From: Octopus vulgaris
Taxonomy: Eukaryota
Direction: 5' to 3'
DNA length: 64,000 nt
Assembly: GCA_951406725.2 (NCBI GenBank)
Contig: OX597835.1
Span: forward strand, 42,532,001-42,596,000
Below the pieces are notes generated by a model. The model had not been told where the DNA came from, made no database searches, and saw nothing but the letters and a program-made list of their open reading frames with translations. This document shows positions 25,485 to 39,014 of the stretch, piece after piece. A program made the translations under genes and the position numbers. Every line of letters begins with the position of its first letter. Position 1 is the first letter of the stretch.

Positions 25485-26613
25485 TCATGTTTTGAGTTCT
25501 ATTTTTCCTGCTTGCATTGCCAAACCTATGTTTACATCTATCTGTCTATCTGCCATGTAAAAAGCACTCAGTCCACTCTGATGGGTGGTTGGTGTTAGGA
25601 GGGGCATCCAACCATAAAAGCCCTGCCAAAACAGATACAGAAGCCTGGAGCAGGCTCCCGCCTGGCCAATTCTTATCAAACTGTCCAGCCTGTGCTAGCA
25701 TGGAAGGTGAACATTAAATTATAATGATGATGATGTATAGACACATATGTGTATCTGTTTATGCATGTGTGTGTGTATGCTTGTGTTCCCTTGTGATCAT
25801 GCATGATGGTTGCAAGCAAAAGTCAGCATCGTATAAATAGTGTTGTACATTTCCAATCTCCCATGAAAACATGTCTGGTCAATGGGAAAGATTAATCTTG
25901 GTTGCAAAACAGGTAAGGGTTGGTAACAGGAAAGGCATCCAGCTACATTTGTATTGACTCCTGTAATTTATCACTTCTGATGAATCAACAGAGATTTATA
26001 TATATATATATATCATCATCATCCAGTGTTTTAAATCTGGATTTTGTCCTCGTTAACAGGGGTGGCCAGATCTACCTTAATGTTATAGCAACCGAGATAG
26101 GCAGGTGCAGCCTACTCCAACCATTGGACTGGCTGGTGTCCATTCTCTTTTGCTATCATGAGGCTTTCTTGGAGTTGGATTTTCTGTGGGTTGGTATATA
26201 CCCTTGCTTACCCCTAACCTCAGTTCCTAGATACGAGTGGTCCTGAAACCAAGGCCTCTACCACAGTTTTTAAGAAATGTGATGGAAAACTAACTCAGGG
26301 AGACAGGACCGCTACTCCCTGAGACCCCTTTCGGAGACCCCCATCACCAATATATATATATAATGGATTTTCCCACTGTTAGAGAATGTATAAGGGTTCA
26401 TCAATTTCTTACCAAACAACCACACAGATGATTTGTTTATGGTGATCAAATGTCTGTGTAGAGATAAGCTCACTCCCTCCATCAGATCGACATTACCTGC
26501 ACAGGTACCACATACCAGGTGATGAAATGATCACAGAACAATGTGAAATGAAGTGCCTTGCTCAAGAACACAATCCTGAGTGCAACACCTCAACCACTAA
26601 GCCATGTGCCTTC

Positions 26614-26625
26614 ACACACACACAT

Positions 26626-26656
<31 letters not shown>

Positions 26657-26698
26657 AACTCACACACAAACTCACACACACACACAAACACACACACA

Positions 26699-26758
<60 letters not shown>

Positions 26759-26774
26759 AACACACAAACACACA

Positions 26775-26832
<58 letters not shown>

Positions 26833-26861
26833 AACACACACACACAAACACACACACACAA

Positions 26862-26914
<53 letters not shown>
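26614..26914. repeat. (CA)n / CAAA microsatellite, about 300 bp
   Basis: Direct observation. Confidence 0.97.
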
Positions 26915-26917
<3 letters not shown>

Positions 26918-27178
26918 TTAACAGATGAGATCAAGAGAATGTCTAATATAGAAGACACTTAGCAGCAGTCAAAAGCTTTGATCTTCCACTCTGAAATGTT
27001 TAGAGAGGATCGAGTCGTAAGGCCAAAGAGTGGCCGTGAGGGGAATCCAAGGGAGCAGAGATGGAGACAAGGTTTCAAATAAATGGATAAAATGCATTGG
27101 GTTTGATATACAGAATATACACGTAAACAAGGTAAAAGGAAAGTACAGTTCTATATCAAAGAGATGAGGAATTATTTA

Positions 27179-27435
27179 CATTATTTACATTTGACAGATA
27201 TTTATCCTCATCTTGTTTGTTGTTAACACGTTTAGCTGATCTACCTTCCAGCCTTCATCAGGTGTCTTGGGGAAATTTTGAACCTGGGTTCTCATTCCTA
27301 AGGTATTTTTCGATGTTATTATGATTATGATTATTATTATCATTATTATTATTATTATGCCTGTCGGCATATGGCGTAGTGGTTAAGAGCATGGGCTACT
27401 AACCCCTAGATTCCGAGTTCGATTCCAGGCAGTGA

Positions 27436-27492
<57 letters not shown>

Positions 27493-27639
27493 CAACATTG
27501 AAAACTACCTTGGGAATGAGAACCCAGGTTCAGAATTTCTCCAAGACACCTGATGAAGGCTGGAGGGTACATCAGCCGAAAAACTGTGTTAACAACAAAC
27601 AAGATGAGGGCAAACATCTGTCAAATGTAAATAATAATG
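27179..27639 (+). mobile_element. tRNA-headed, hammerhead-tailed element with an inverted copy of its 3' end upstream
   Basis: Left arm 27179-27358 is the reverse complement of 27440-27639. tRNA-like head at 27362-27438 (A box tggcgtagtgg, B box gagttcgattcc). HHR motif gacac-CTGATGA-a-ggctg...cagcc-GAAA...gtgtt at 27545-27590. Confidence 0.7.
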
Positions 27640-27681
27640 AAAAAGGAAAGGCTGAACATTTCCAGATGGCTAACATTCAAG

Positions 27682-27713
<32 letters not shown>

Positions 27714-27789
27714 TATTTATTTATTTACATATATATTTATTTATTTATATACTTATATATTTATTTATTTATATACATATATATTTATT

Positions 27790-27821
<32 letters not shown>

Positions 27822-27918
27822 TGTAGATAGATAGATAGATAGATAGATAGAGATATATACATTTATATATAAATAGATGAGTGTATTTTTCCTTCGTTAA
27901 CAACTAACAAGGAATTTC

Positions 27919-28005
27919 ACTTCCCTGAAGAGAAAATTGCATTGTTTTATACCATTTATTCTTTTGAATAAAATCAGTGAAATCTTCGAAACATGTGTCG
28001 AAAGT
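27919..28005 (+). ncRNA. Hammerhead motif with long stem II loop
   Basis: acttcc-CTGAAGA-gaa...ttc-GAAA-catgtg-TC-gaaagt. Confidence 0.6.
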
Positions 28006-28491
28006 AAAAGTATTTGATTTATACCTGCGTTAAACTCCATTTATTTATTTATATATTTATTTATAAATATATATGTAACATATGGTGTAATTATAAACAG
28101 GGCAAATTTTAGACATTTCTCTGTAGACTGAAAAAGTGATGAACAAATTTAATAAATTTTCAAACCTAATTGGGTTCTCATCAGAGGTGTCTACATCATT
28201 CTTGAGAGAAACAAGCAGCCAAACTGTTTATATACTCAACAAATGCAGCATATATATATACATACGTACATACATACATACAAAATGTGACCGCGTGTGT
28301 ACCGTTGGTGATTTTTTTTCCTCCGTCTTCCCTTCTCTGGATCTTTCCTTTTCCTATGTTTCTGATGAAGAGCTCCGCTCAAAACGTTAGACCCTCCTTC
28401 TTCCCTTCCTTCTTGAGCATCCAATAATACTATATTTGTTCCACATCCTCACGTTGTTGTGTTTTCTCTTTGTGTTTTCATGTTTGGATTA

Positions 28492-28533
<42 letters not shown>

Positions 28534-28934
28534 TTAATAGAGCAAACTCACTCGGATTACATAGATCAAAAGGTTAGTGGAGAAAAGGTATGATATTACA
28601 AGTCTGACAGCTGTTTCCGGAGGGAGGGGGATTGGAGTTACCTCTCAATGTTGGCAGATATAGCTCACCAAAAATTTATACCCAGTAATGGAAGCAAACC
28701 AACATTGGAAAAATTGAGCCTCCTTTTTTCAGGGTGGAGAGCTCTCCAAGCTTCCTAGAACATAGTCATAGGGTGGACCTATATGTTGACAAAGTTGTTG
28801 ATGTGGGCTGAATTACAGGAAATTAATGAAAAGTTGCCCCATACAAATTGCCAGGTAAAATGTCATGTTTCCCTACTTTCTTTGCAACCTTTCTCACTGA
28901 AATCCCTGATCGTGGATTAGTGTACCCTTTTATA

Positions 28935-29168
28935 AGGCGGCGAGCTGGCAGAAACGTCAGCACGTCAGGCAAAATGCTTAGTGGTATTTTGTCTGCCGCT
29001 ACGTTCTGAGTTCAAATTCCGCCGAGGTCCACTTCGCCTTTCATCCTTTTGGGGTTGATTAAATAAGTACCAGTTACGCACTGGGGTCGATATAATCGAC
29101 TTAATCTGTTTGTCTGTCCTTGTTTGTCCCTTCTGTGTTTAGCCCCTTGTGGGTAGTAAAGAAATAGG
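28935..29168 (+). mobile_element. SINE family B (ggcggcgagctggcagaaacg...gagttcaaattccgccgaggtcgac...gcctttcatcctttcggggtcgataaa..agtacc)
   Basis: B-box-like gagttcaaattcc and a conserved central domain, repeated many times in the window. Confidence 0.85.
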
Positions 29169-29499
29169 TATTGAAATATATTTTGAAAATAATAGATGCC
29201 AGAAAGCTGATAAAATACTTACTTGTAGGTAATTATATATAGAAATATCTAATTTAAGATTGTCAGAAGCTTTTGCAGTCTTTATCTTTCACGAGATTGG
29301 TTACTATAGCAACAGACTAAAAAATGGTAACATGGTATTTTTAATACTGAAGACATTTTGTGAAATATGGCTTGATTAAGAAAAAGATATTAGTCTTTAA
29401 TATTCGAGTTTATTGATTTTGCTATTCATGAAATATTCCTTACAGTAAATGGCATCGTCATTGAAAACCTGTATAGTAACAACAATAATAATAATGAAA

Positions 29500-29703
29500 T
29501 ACTGGTTTCAAATTTTGGCACAAGGCCAGCAATTTCTGGAGAGGGGACTAAGTTATTTATAGCAACTCCCCCACCCTCCCAGTGATCAGCTGGTACTTAT
29601 TTTATCGACCCGAAAAGGATGAAATGTAAAGTCAACCTCAGTGGAATTTGAACTCAGAACATAGTGACGGGCGAATTACCGCCAAGCATTTCGTCTGGCA
29701 AGC

Positions 29704-29757
<54 letters not shown>

Positions 29758-30135
29758 TAATGGTTTTAAATTTTTGCCATAAGGGCAGCAATTTTTGTGG
29801 GAGGGGATTAGTCAATTACATCAACTCCAGTATGCAACTGGTACTTAATTTATCGACCCTTAATGGAGGAAAGGTAAAGTCAACCTCGGTGGAATTTGAA
29901 CCCAGAATGTAGCAGCAGATGAAATACTGCTAAGCACTTCGCCCAGCATGTTGACGATTCTGCCAAGGGGTCTAGTTGATTACACTGACCCCAGTAATTG
30001 ACCGGTACTTAATTTATTGATCTCCGAAATGATGGAAGGCAAAATCGACCCCAGCTGAATTTGAACTCAGAATGTAAAGCAAGAAGTGCTGCTAAGTGTT
30101 TTGTCTGGTATCTTAACAATTCTGCCAGCTTGCTG
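29500..30135 (-). mobile_element. Cluster of about 3 tandem SINE family B copies
   Basis: Repeated ggtacttaatttatcgacc...ggaatttgaactcagaa units separated by (AAT)n. Confidence 0.8.
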
Positions 30136-30181
30136 CCTTCGGCCATGAAAAACAGACATGAGAGCTAGAAGTAGATGTATA

Positions 30182-30344
30182 GGCATAGGAGTGGCTGCAT
30201 GGTAAGTAGCTTGCTAACCAACCACATGGTTCCGGGTTCAGTCCCACTGTGTGGTATCTTAGGCAAGTGTCTTCTGCTTTAGCCTCGGGCCGACCAAAGC
30301 CTTGTGAGTGGATTTGGTAGACAGAAACTGAAAGAAGCCCGTCG

Positions 30345-30376
<32 letters not shown>

Positions 30377-30585
30377 TGTGTGTGTTTGTGTGTCTGTGTT
30401 TGTCTCCCTACCATTGCTTGACAACCGATGCTGGTGTGTTTATGTCCCTGTCACTTAGCGGTTCGGCAAAAGAGACTGATAGAATAAGTACTGGGCTTAC
30501 AAAGAATAAATCCTGGGGTCGATTTGCTTGACTAAAAGGTGGTGCTCCAGCATGGCCGCAGTCAAATGACTGAAACAAGTAAGAG
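30182..30585 (+). mobile_element. SINE family A
   Basis: Full-length copy. Confidence 0.9.
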
Positions 30586-31117
30586 AGAGAGAGAGAGAGA
30601 GTGTACAAGTATGCATAGGCACATGAGGAGCAGTGCTAGGGAATTTAAAGAACCATACTGGTGCCACGTTAAAAGCACCCAGCACATAGTGTAAAGGCTG
30701 CTGTCAGGAAGGGCATCCAGCCTTAGAAACCAAGCCAAGTCCAACTGGAGACTGGTGCAGATCTTTAGCTTGCCAGGTCTGGTAAAACTGTCCAACCCAT
30801 GCCAGCATAGAAAATGAATGCTAAATGATGATGATGGAATTTTTGATGATGCAGATAATGTGTTTTCTTGAAAATATTGCGTATTGCTGATAATGTAGTA
30901 TGTTGTTGATAATGTTGGATATTGTTGATAATGTTGGATATTGTTGATAATTTTGGATATTGATAATAATGTTTGTTGCTAATAATATTGTATACTGTTG
31001 ATAACATTGAATATTTCGAACAAGTTAAAATAACCGTTGGTTAGATGTTTTCCAAGAAGACTGTAGATGTGAGACACCACTTCTCCTTTAGGACTGCCAT
31101 GTGATATCAAAACAGAG

Positions 31118-31181
<64 letters not shown>

Positions 31182-31430
31182 CAATTGAGGATAAAATCTT
31201 TAAAAGAAATTATCAGTAGTCAGCGTGAAAAACCTCATAAGAGAAAAAATCCGTAAATTCTTCCTCTTTGAAAATATTCATTTATATTATATTGAGGGTA
31301 CTACTATTCGTAGATACCAACACGCTAAGAGGGACCAATGCGGTCAAAACTACTAAAAATAAACAAAATTTTACTGAATGCAAAACTTCAAAACACATCA
31401 TTTTAAAAAGAATTCAGTTACATACCACAT

Positions 31431-31470
<40 letters not shown>

Positions 31471-31929
31471 TGTATGTATGTATGTATGTATGTATGTATG
31501 TATGTATGTATGTATGTATGTATGTATGTGTGTGTGTGTATATATATGTATATATATATATATATATAAAGGTGCAGGCTGGCTGTGTGGTAAGAAGGTT
31601 GCTTCCCAACCACATGGCTCTGGGTTCAGTCACACTGTGTGGCACCTTGGGCAAGTATCTTCTACTACAGCCTCAATCTGACCAAAGCCTTGTGAATTGA
31701 TTTAGTAGACGGAAACTGGAAGAAGTCCATTGTACATAAGGTACTTAAGTTGAAACACTTAAAATTAGTGTGGTATTATCCATACAACTTCAAAATAAGG
31801 TGAATAAAATCAAAATATGCAACAGGATATCCACCACCTCTACATCACCTCTGGATATCCTGTTGGTTATTTTGATTATATATATATATTGGCTAAACTG
31901 GCAAAATGACCATTCCTAAATACAACAAG

Positions 31930-31960
<31 letters not shown>

Positions 31961-31978
31961 GATATATGTATATAAATG

Positions 31979-32027
<49 letters not shown>

Positions 32028-32174
32028 GTATGTATACATATATGTGTGTATAAAAACATATATATGTATATATATATATATTGGCTAAACTGGCAAAATG
32101 ACCATTCCTAAATACAACAATATATATATATATATATGTATGTAGATATATGTATATAAATGTATATATATATA

Positions 32175-32205
<31 letters not shown>

Positions 32206-32899
32206 GAGTATGTATGTATAAAAACATACATATGTATATATATATATAAAAGGACACACATTGCTTAGTGGTTGGTATGTTGGACCCATGACCATAAGAT
32301 AGTGGTATTCATGCCTGGACTGAGCGATGCATTGTGTCCTTGAGCAAAACACTTCATTTCACGTTGCTGCAGACCACTCAGCTGGCAATAGTGAGTAATC
32401 CTGCAATGGATTGGTCTCTCATCCACGAGGGGAATATATGTGCCAGAAAATTCGGGAAAAACCAACCTTATGTGTCTACATTACTCAAGAAGGAAGCATA
32501 TTTGCTTCCAGTGTCAAAGGGCAGTGTCACCAAAACAGGTTCGATGCCCACTCAGCCATGCCAAATCACCATCAGCCGAACAGCTGCGCCCAATTCTCTC
32601 ATTCTGACTTATTGTAGTTCATCACACAAGTCTAGTACTTTGGTGTTTGATGTCTGCCACATAAAAAATATATTGGCTTAGCTTCATTTCCTTTAAATAT
32701 AAAGAAAGCAAATTGCTGTTGTTTATCCCCAAATTGATTAAAGGCTTTCCAGTCATGACCATTCCATTGTTTTGTATACCAGATATATACAATAATGATA
32801 CAATGTCCAATGTATCTTATCTGTTTCTGAGGCAGTATGGTATGAATTGAGGGAGCTGTGGCTACTATTTATAGCAGATCAAGAAACTGTATATAGTCT

Positions 32900-33600
32900 C
32901 CTTTTAGAAACAGGGATTGACTGTAAAGTGGATACTGTTAAGGTAGGCTGTAAAAGGGATAGAATTGATGTAGACTACAAAGGGGATAGAATTGTGGTAG
33001 GGTCTGATGAGGTCACAACTGAGGTAGAGTATAAAGGGAGCACCATTATGGTAAGCTGAAAGGGGACAGTATTGAAGTAGACTGAAAAGGGGACAGAAAT
33101 TAAGGCAGAATGCAAAGAGGATGGTATTGTGGCAGGTTTTGAAGGTGCAGTTTTTATAGAGCAAGACAGAGATAATATAATATTGGGAGTAGAATGCAAA
33201 AGGGACAATATGGTTAGCTGTAAAGGGACTCCATCATGGTAGACTGTAAAGGAGGCAATATTGTGGTAGACTGTTAAGGGACAGTATTGTGGAAGGTTGT
33301 AAAGGGGAGAGAATTGAGGTGAAGTGTAAAGGGTACAGTATTGAGACAAGGGTAAAAGGGATAGAATTATGATAAGCTGCAAAAGGGGACACATTTTATA
33401 GACCTTAACAGAGTCAGTAAGTACTATGGTAGAATGCAAAGTCGACTGCGAATGTGATTGAGTGAAGTAGACTTTGAAGGGGACAGAATTGTGGAAGGTT
33501 GCAAAGGAGACAGTGTTATGATAGATTGTAAAGGGGACAGTATTGAGATAGAACGCAAAAGGAACATTGTTAAGGGGATGACACAATGGTAGGCGGAACC
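32900..33600. repeat. Degenerate tandem repeat of about 27 bp (gtaaaggggacagtattgtggtagact)
   Basis: Recurrent aaagggga...attgtgg units. Confidence 0.75.
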
Positions 33601-34279
33601 TTTTATCAAAAATGCTCATTATTTTTGTCTGTTCTTAATTAGGTTATTGATTACAAAAAGACTAAGATTGTAACAAACTGTTGTTGTTGCTGTTGGGATT
33701 GCTGCTGCTGCTGTTGTTGTTGTTGTTGCTGTTGTTGATATTACTATTGTTGTTGCCACTGCTACTACTGTTGTTGTTGTTGTTGCTGCTGCTGCTGCTG
33801 TTGATAAAAACTGTATCTTCGTCATATGTAATTGATCAAATAGCCTCGATTCTACATTTTATCTTCGAACAATCGAGCAATTTCACTCCCCCTCCCCCCA
33901 CCACCACACACTTCCTGTATCATTAAAAAACAAAAGAGAAAAAAAAACCCAGTAAACAACAGAGCTATTCATAGAAAAACAATGGTTTTAAACTCTGGTT
34001 TTAATATAACTCTGCCAATTTTGTAAGTAATACTATTATAATATCTTATAATTAATTAATGATGATGGTAATGATGATGATATCGATGATAATGATGATG
34101 ATGATGATGATATTGATATTGATGATGATGATATTGATATTGATGATGATGATATTGATGATGATGATGACAGCGAGGATGATGATGGTGATGATGATGA
34201 TGAAGTAATTATGTGTAATTGAAATCAGAAAGAACTATTTGAAAATGGTTTCCATGGAGAGAGAAAGCGGGAGAGAAGG

Positions 34280-34314
<35 letters not shown>

Positions 34315-35394
34315 GGATGGAGGGAGGGAGAGTTTCTTCAATATTTATCCAAAGTCTGTGATTCCAGACGATTATTCAATAGCAAAATTCTTAAAGGATT
34401 CTGAACCATTTTTTGTTTGGAATATGGTAATTATTCCTTTATAAGAGAAAGAAAGGAAAGAAGAAAAAGAACAGAACAAAGTGAAACAAAAGACATCTGA
34501 ATTTTAATTCACTGTTCGTTATAATAATTAAATTATCCCTTCATTTGTTTTTGGTTTTTAATCTAAAAATATTACCTATAAATGATCTTAATTATGTATT
34601 AATATTTACAATTATTTTCAATTGAGGCTCGAATCTTACGAAAACATTTTGCTTTAAAAAAAAAATATAAAAGGGGAGAAAAAATTTTGCAAAAAGTATC
34701 CTCATCACCTCCCACCCTACCAGTAGCTTCTGTCTCATCATCATCCTCATCACTACCCCACCACCACCACCACAATCATCACCATCATCAGCAGCAACAC
34801 CACATTTGACAGGATAATCTGAATGCTAAAGGATTAATCAGTGCAGTGGGGGTTAAGTGTGGTGCACAAAACACAAACCATCACACCTAAAACCCCAGTA
34901 CATTCTCTCTGGTAGTTTAAGGAACATTCATTTGCTTTGGCACTGTCATTCTGGTAAATTTCCTGAAGCTGGATGCTCTTCATACACATTTGTTACACCA
35001 ACCACTTCACAGAGCAAGCTGGTGGGTATTCGATAATGGCACCAACATCAAAGAGGTTGTCAGGCCCTCAGCAAGAACAGTACTTTCAATCCATCACTCA
35101 CATCTTCATACTCTCCCCTCTATCAAGCCGCTCAGTCATGCTTGCCTTGAAAGAATGGAGTCAACGCAGAGTAGAAGGAACCATTTGGTATTGAAGAGGT
35201 ACAAAGCAACCACTTTAGTGCCGGTGTGACTAAATAGGGCAAACTGTGCACATTGTGTGACGTTGGTGAATGTGTATCATCCTCGCCATCATCACTGCAA
35301 ATCTGATGGTTCTGTGGCTGCTGAAGAAGAATAACTGGTCTTCACAATAGAGATACTAAGAAAGATTACACTGGAATACTTTCCTTATATATTT

Positions 35395-35760
35395 TTTCTT
35401 CTTTTATTTGTTTCAGTCATCTGACTGTGACCATGCTGGAGCACTGCTTTTAGTCAAACAAGTCGATCCAGGACTTATTCTTTGTAAGCCTAGTACTTAT
35501 CTATTGGTCTCTTTTGCCGAACTGCTAAGTTATGGGGATGCAAACACACAAGCATCAGTTGTCAAGCAATGGTGGAGGGTCAAACACACATATAGATGTG
35601 ATGAGCTTCTTTCAGTTTCCATCAACCAAATCCACCCACAAGGCTTTGGTTGGCCCGAGGCTATAGTAGAAGACACTTGCCCAAAGTTCCACACAGTAGG
35701 ACTGAGCCCAGAACCATGTGATTGGTAAGCAAGCTACTTACCACACAGCCACTCCTGCGC
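35395..35760 (-). mobile_element. SINE family A (older)
   Basis: Diverged reverse copy. Confidence 0.85.
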
Positions 35761-35861
35761 ATATATGTATACACATATATCTATATACTTACACAAATAC
35801 AGGGAAAACCTATTTTGCATATCTCAAAATTTATAAATCCTTGACTTAAATAATATCTATC

Positions 35862-35911
<50 letters not shown>

Positions 35912-36339
35912 TTTAAAATTATAATTTAGGGTATCTAAGAGATATCTATTCAACACCAAGTGGCCCAGTGCCTTGAGAAACCTGGATTATTATAATATTT
36001 TATAATATATTATAATATTTTATACAAAAGTTCGTGTGAGCTAACAATCGTACTGACTTTCATAGGAAACATGTATTTTTGTGGTTGAAACCTTTTGGAT
36101 TTTCTAGTGCTAGAATGAGCCACATAGTGACCATTCTCTTATATTTATTTTTGTATATATATATATATATATAAGCACATAAATGCAAAACAAGGTGTGT
36201 GTATACTTTATTGAGTAAATCCAGTTTAATTAAATAAGAAAGAGGGATTTTCTTGGATTTATAATCTCTGTTTAGATAATCTTAGGATTAAATGATTTCA
36301 TATCCCTGAGCCACTTTTCTTTTCCTCAGCAATGTTACT

Positions 36340-37195
36340 ATGGTGACCCTGTTACTATAGTGACTGCTAAGAGTTACATTACAACAGCTCTGTTATAAAT
36401 GTCAGTGATAAAAGCTGTGTTACAGTCATCATTGGTAAGACCTGTGTTACAAATATCAATGATAAAGCTGTGTTACAAATGACAGCGTGAAAGCTGTATC
36501 ACAATTATGAGCGGCAAAATGTGTGTTACAGGGGTCATAGGTAGAAATTGTGGGACAATCAGGAATGGTAAAATCTGTGTTACAACTGTCAATGATAATA
36601 GCTACGTAACAGTTGCCACAGATAGAAGCTGTGTTACAAATGTTGCTGGAAAATCTATGTTACTGGTAGAGTCTGTTACAATTGTCAGGGTGAAAGCTAT
36701 GTCACAATTATGACTGTTGAAAGCTGTTTAATAAATATCATAGTTAAAATTTGTTACAACTGTCAATGCAAAAAGCTTTATTACAAAAGCTGTGTTACAA
36801 CTATCACTGGCAGAAGTTGTGTTACAAATGTCAATGGTAGAAGCTGTATTATAAATGTCTCTAGGTGGAAGCTGTGTTACAAATGACAATAGTAAAAACT
36901 GTTACAAATACCAATGGCAAAAGTAGTGTTACAACTGTTGATGGTAACAACTATGTTACAAAAGCTTTGTTACAAATGTCAGTGGCAGATGCTGTTTAAC
37001 AAATGTCAATGGAAAAAGCTATGTTACAGTTTTCAGGGTATGAGGAGTGTTATGATTAGGAATGGCAAAGTTGTGTTACAAATATCAATGGTAAAATTTG
37101 TGTCACAAATGTCAATGGTAAGAGCTATGTTACAAGTGTGAGTAGTAAAAGCTGTGTTATAAATGTCAATGGTAAAAAATATGTTACAGTCATCT
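36340..37195. repeat. Degenerate tandem repeat of about 28 bp (aaagctgtgttacaaatgtcaatggta)
   Basis: Recurrent gctgtgttaca units. Confidence 0.8.
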
Positions 37196-37364
37196 GTTTG
37201 ACACATAATGGGTTACAAATAAGTCATAAAAAATATATATATCTCTGTCTGTCTGTCTGTCCCATATTACAGCAAATCAACAATCTCTATGGAAACTCTG
37301 ATGACAATATATTCTATGTAATAATAATAAATTCTGTGTCACACATTTGTGATACACGTGTGTC

Positions 37365-37768
37365 GTGGCTGTGTGGTAAGAAGGTTGCTTCCCAACCATA
37401 TGGTTTTGGGTTCAGTCCCACTGCATGGCACCTTGGGCAAATGTCTTCAACTATAGCCTTGGGCCAACCAAAGCCTTGTGAGTGGATTTGGTAGATGGAA
37501 ACTGAAAGAAGCCTATTGTATATATATCTATGTGTGTGTAATTTTATTCTCTGTGTTTGTCTGCCTCCCTCCTCATCACTGCTTGACAACCGGTGTTGGT
37601 GTGTTTACATTCCTGTAACCTAGCAGTTCAGCAAAAGCAACTGATAGAATCAGTACTATGATTAAAAAAAATGTCCTGGGGTCGATTTGTTTGACCAAAA
37701 CCCTTTAAGGTGGTCGTCCAGCATGGCCACAGTCAAATGACTGAAAAAAGTAAAGGAATAAAAGAATA
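37365..37768 (+). mobile_element. SINE family A (older subfamily)
   Basis: Diverged forward copy. Confidence 0.85.
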
Positions 37769-37811
37769 TTCTAAAATTTTGTCTCAAACTCACAAACCAT
37801 CTTCCCCACCT

Positions 37812-38250
37812 CTCTCTCTCTCTCTCTCTCTATCTACATATCTATCTATCCATCCACCCATCTATCTATCTATCTATCCATCCATCCATCCACCCATCTA
37901 TCTATCTATCTACCTACCTATCTATCAATCTATCTATCTATCTACCTATCTATCTATCAATCTATCTATCTGTTTATCTATCTACCTATCTATCTATCCA
38001 TCCATCCATCCACCCATCTATCTATCTATCTATCCATCCACCCATCTATCTGTCTATCTATCTATCTATCTACCTACCTACCTATCTATCTATCTATCTA
38101 CCTACCTACCTATCTATCTATCTATCTATCTACCTACCTACCTACCTACCTACCTACCTACCTATCTATCTATCTATCTATCTATCTATCTCTCTCTCTC
38201 TCTCTCTCACTCTCTATCTATCTATCTATCTATCTATATCTCTCTTTCTC
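37812..38250. repeat. (CTAT/CCAT/CCTA)n tetranucleotide array just upstream of the exon acceptor (similar at 22375-22700 and 52800-52998)
   Basis: Direct observation. Confidence 0.95.
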
Positions 38251-38303
38251 ATGCTCATTTTTCTCTCTTTATTTACTTGCAGGACTTTTATTAAAGCAGC
38301 ACG

Positions 38304-38490
38304 ATGCCCGCTTATCTCTCAGATACGCTTCTGCGATTGAGGCGTGATGCAGCAGCTAAAGATAGTGCAGATGAGGTGACCACAGTGGCTGATGACAATG
38401 GAGCGTCCGGTGTGGAGACTTCTACGAAACCAACTAAACAAAATGGTATTGACAAAATTATGGACGAAGCATTACATGAATTAGAAAAAC
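38304..38490 (+). CDS. Syt1: First coding exon of a synaptotagmin-1-like gene (luminal N-terminus; exon 38283-38490 including 21 nt of 5' UTR)
   Basis: Polypyrimidine tract plus ttgcAG acceptor ending at 38282; ATG at 38304. It encodes 62 non-repetitive codons [24 protein letters not shown]...[18 protein letters not shown], then one C and a GTAGGT donor at 38491 (phase 1, compatible with a following Leu codon). The peptide resembles my recollection of squid/molluscan synaptotagmin-1 N-termini (...NGIDKI.DEA.HELEKLPIWAII). No TM or C2 exons are recognisable in the window. Confidence 0.8.
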
Positions 38491-38980
38491 GTAGGTACCT
38501 TCCTTTGCCCTTTAGCGGTCTGCTTATCGTTTTTTTCCTATTTTCTCTCTATTTTTTCAACACCACATATAAATCTATTATCCATACATACATACACATA
38601 TACTTACATATATATATATATACATATATGCACACACACATACATACAGGTATACATATGTACGTGAGCATATGTTTATGTATATATGTGTGTGTGTATA
38701 TTTGATATACAGTTACATATCTACATCTGTACGTATATATTTAAGTATGCGTTAGTATGTGACTGTATATAATTGAGTATGTATATATATGTATGTATAT
38801 ATATATATATGTAAGCATGTATGTATGAACGTGTGTTTGTGTATGTGTGAGCGTGTGTGTGTGTATGGTTGTATATGTGTATATGTATTACATATGTGTA
38901 TATATGTATATCTATATATGTATGTATATATATATATCTTACATGAATACATATTACATGTATATGTATGTATGTATATG

Positions 38981-39014
<34 letters not shown>

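Noticed and set aside
27362-27438. tRNA gene
   Set aside because: Imperfect acceptor and anticodon stems, ACT anticodon without a long variable arm, and no T-run terminator; treated as a SINE head.
38491-38705. C-terminal half of ORF 38304-38705
   Set aside because: Read-through into the intron (T-rich and TA/CA microsatellite) beyond the GT donor.
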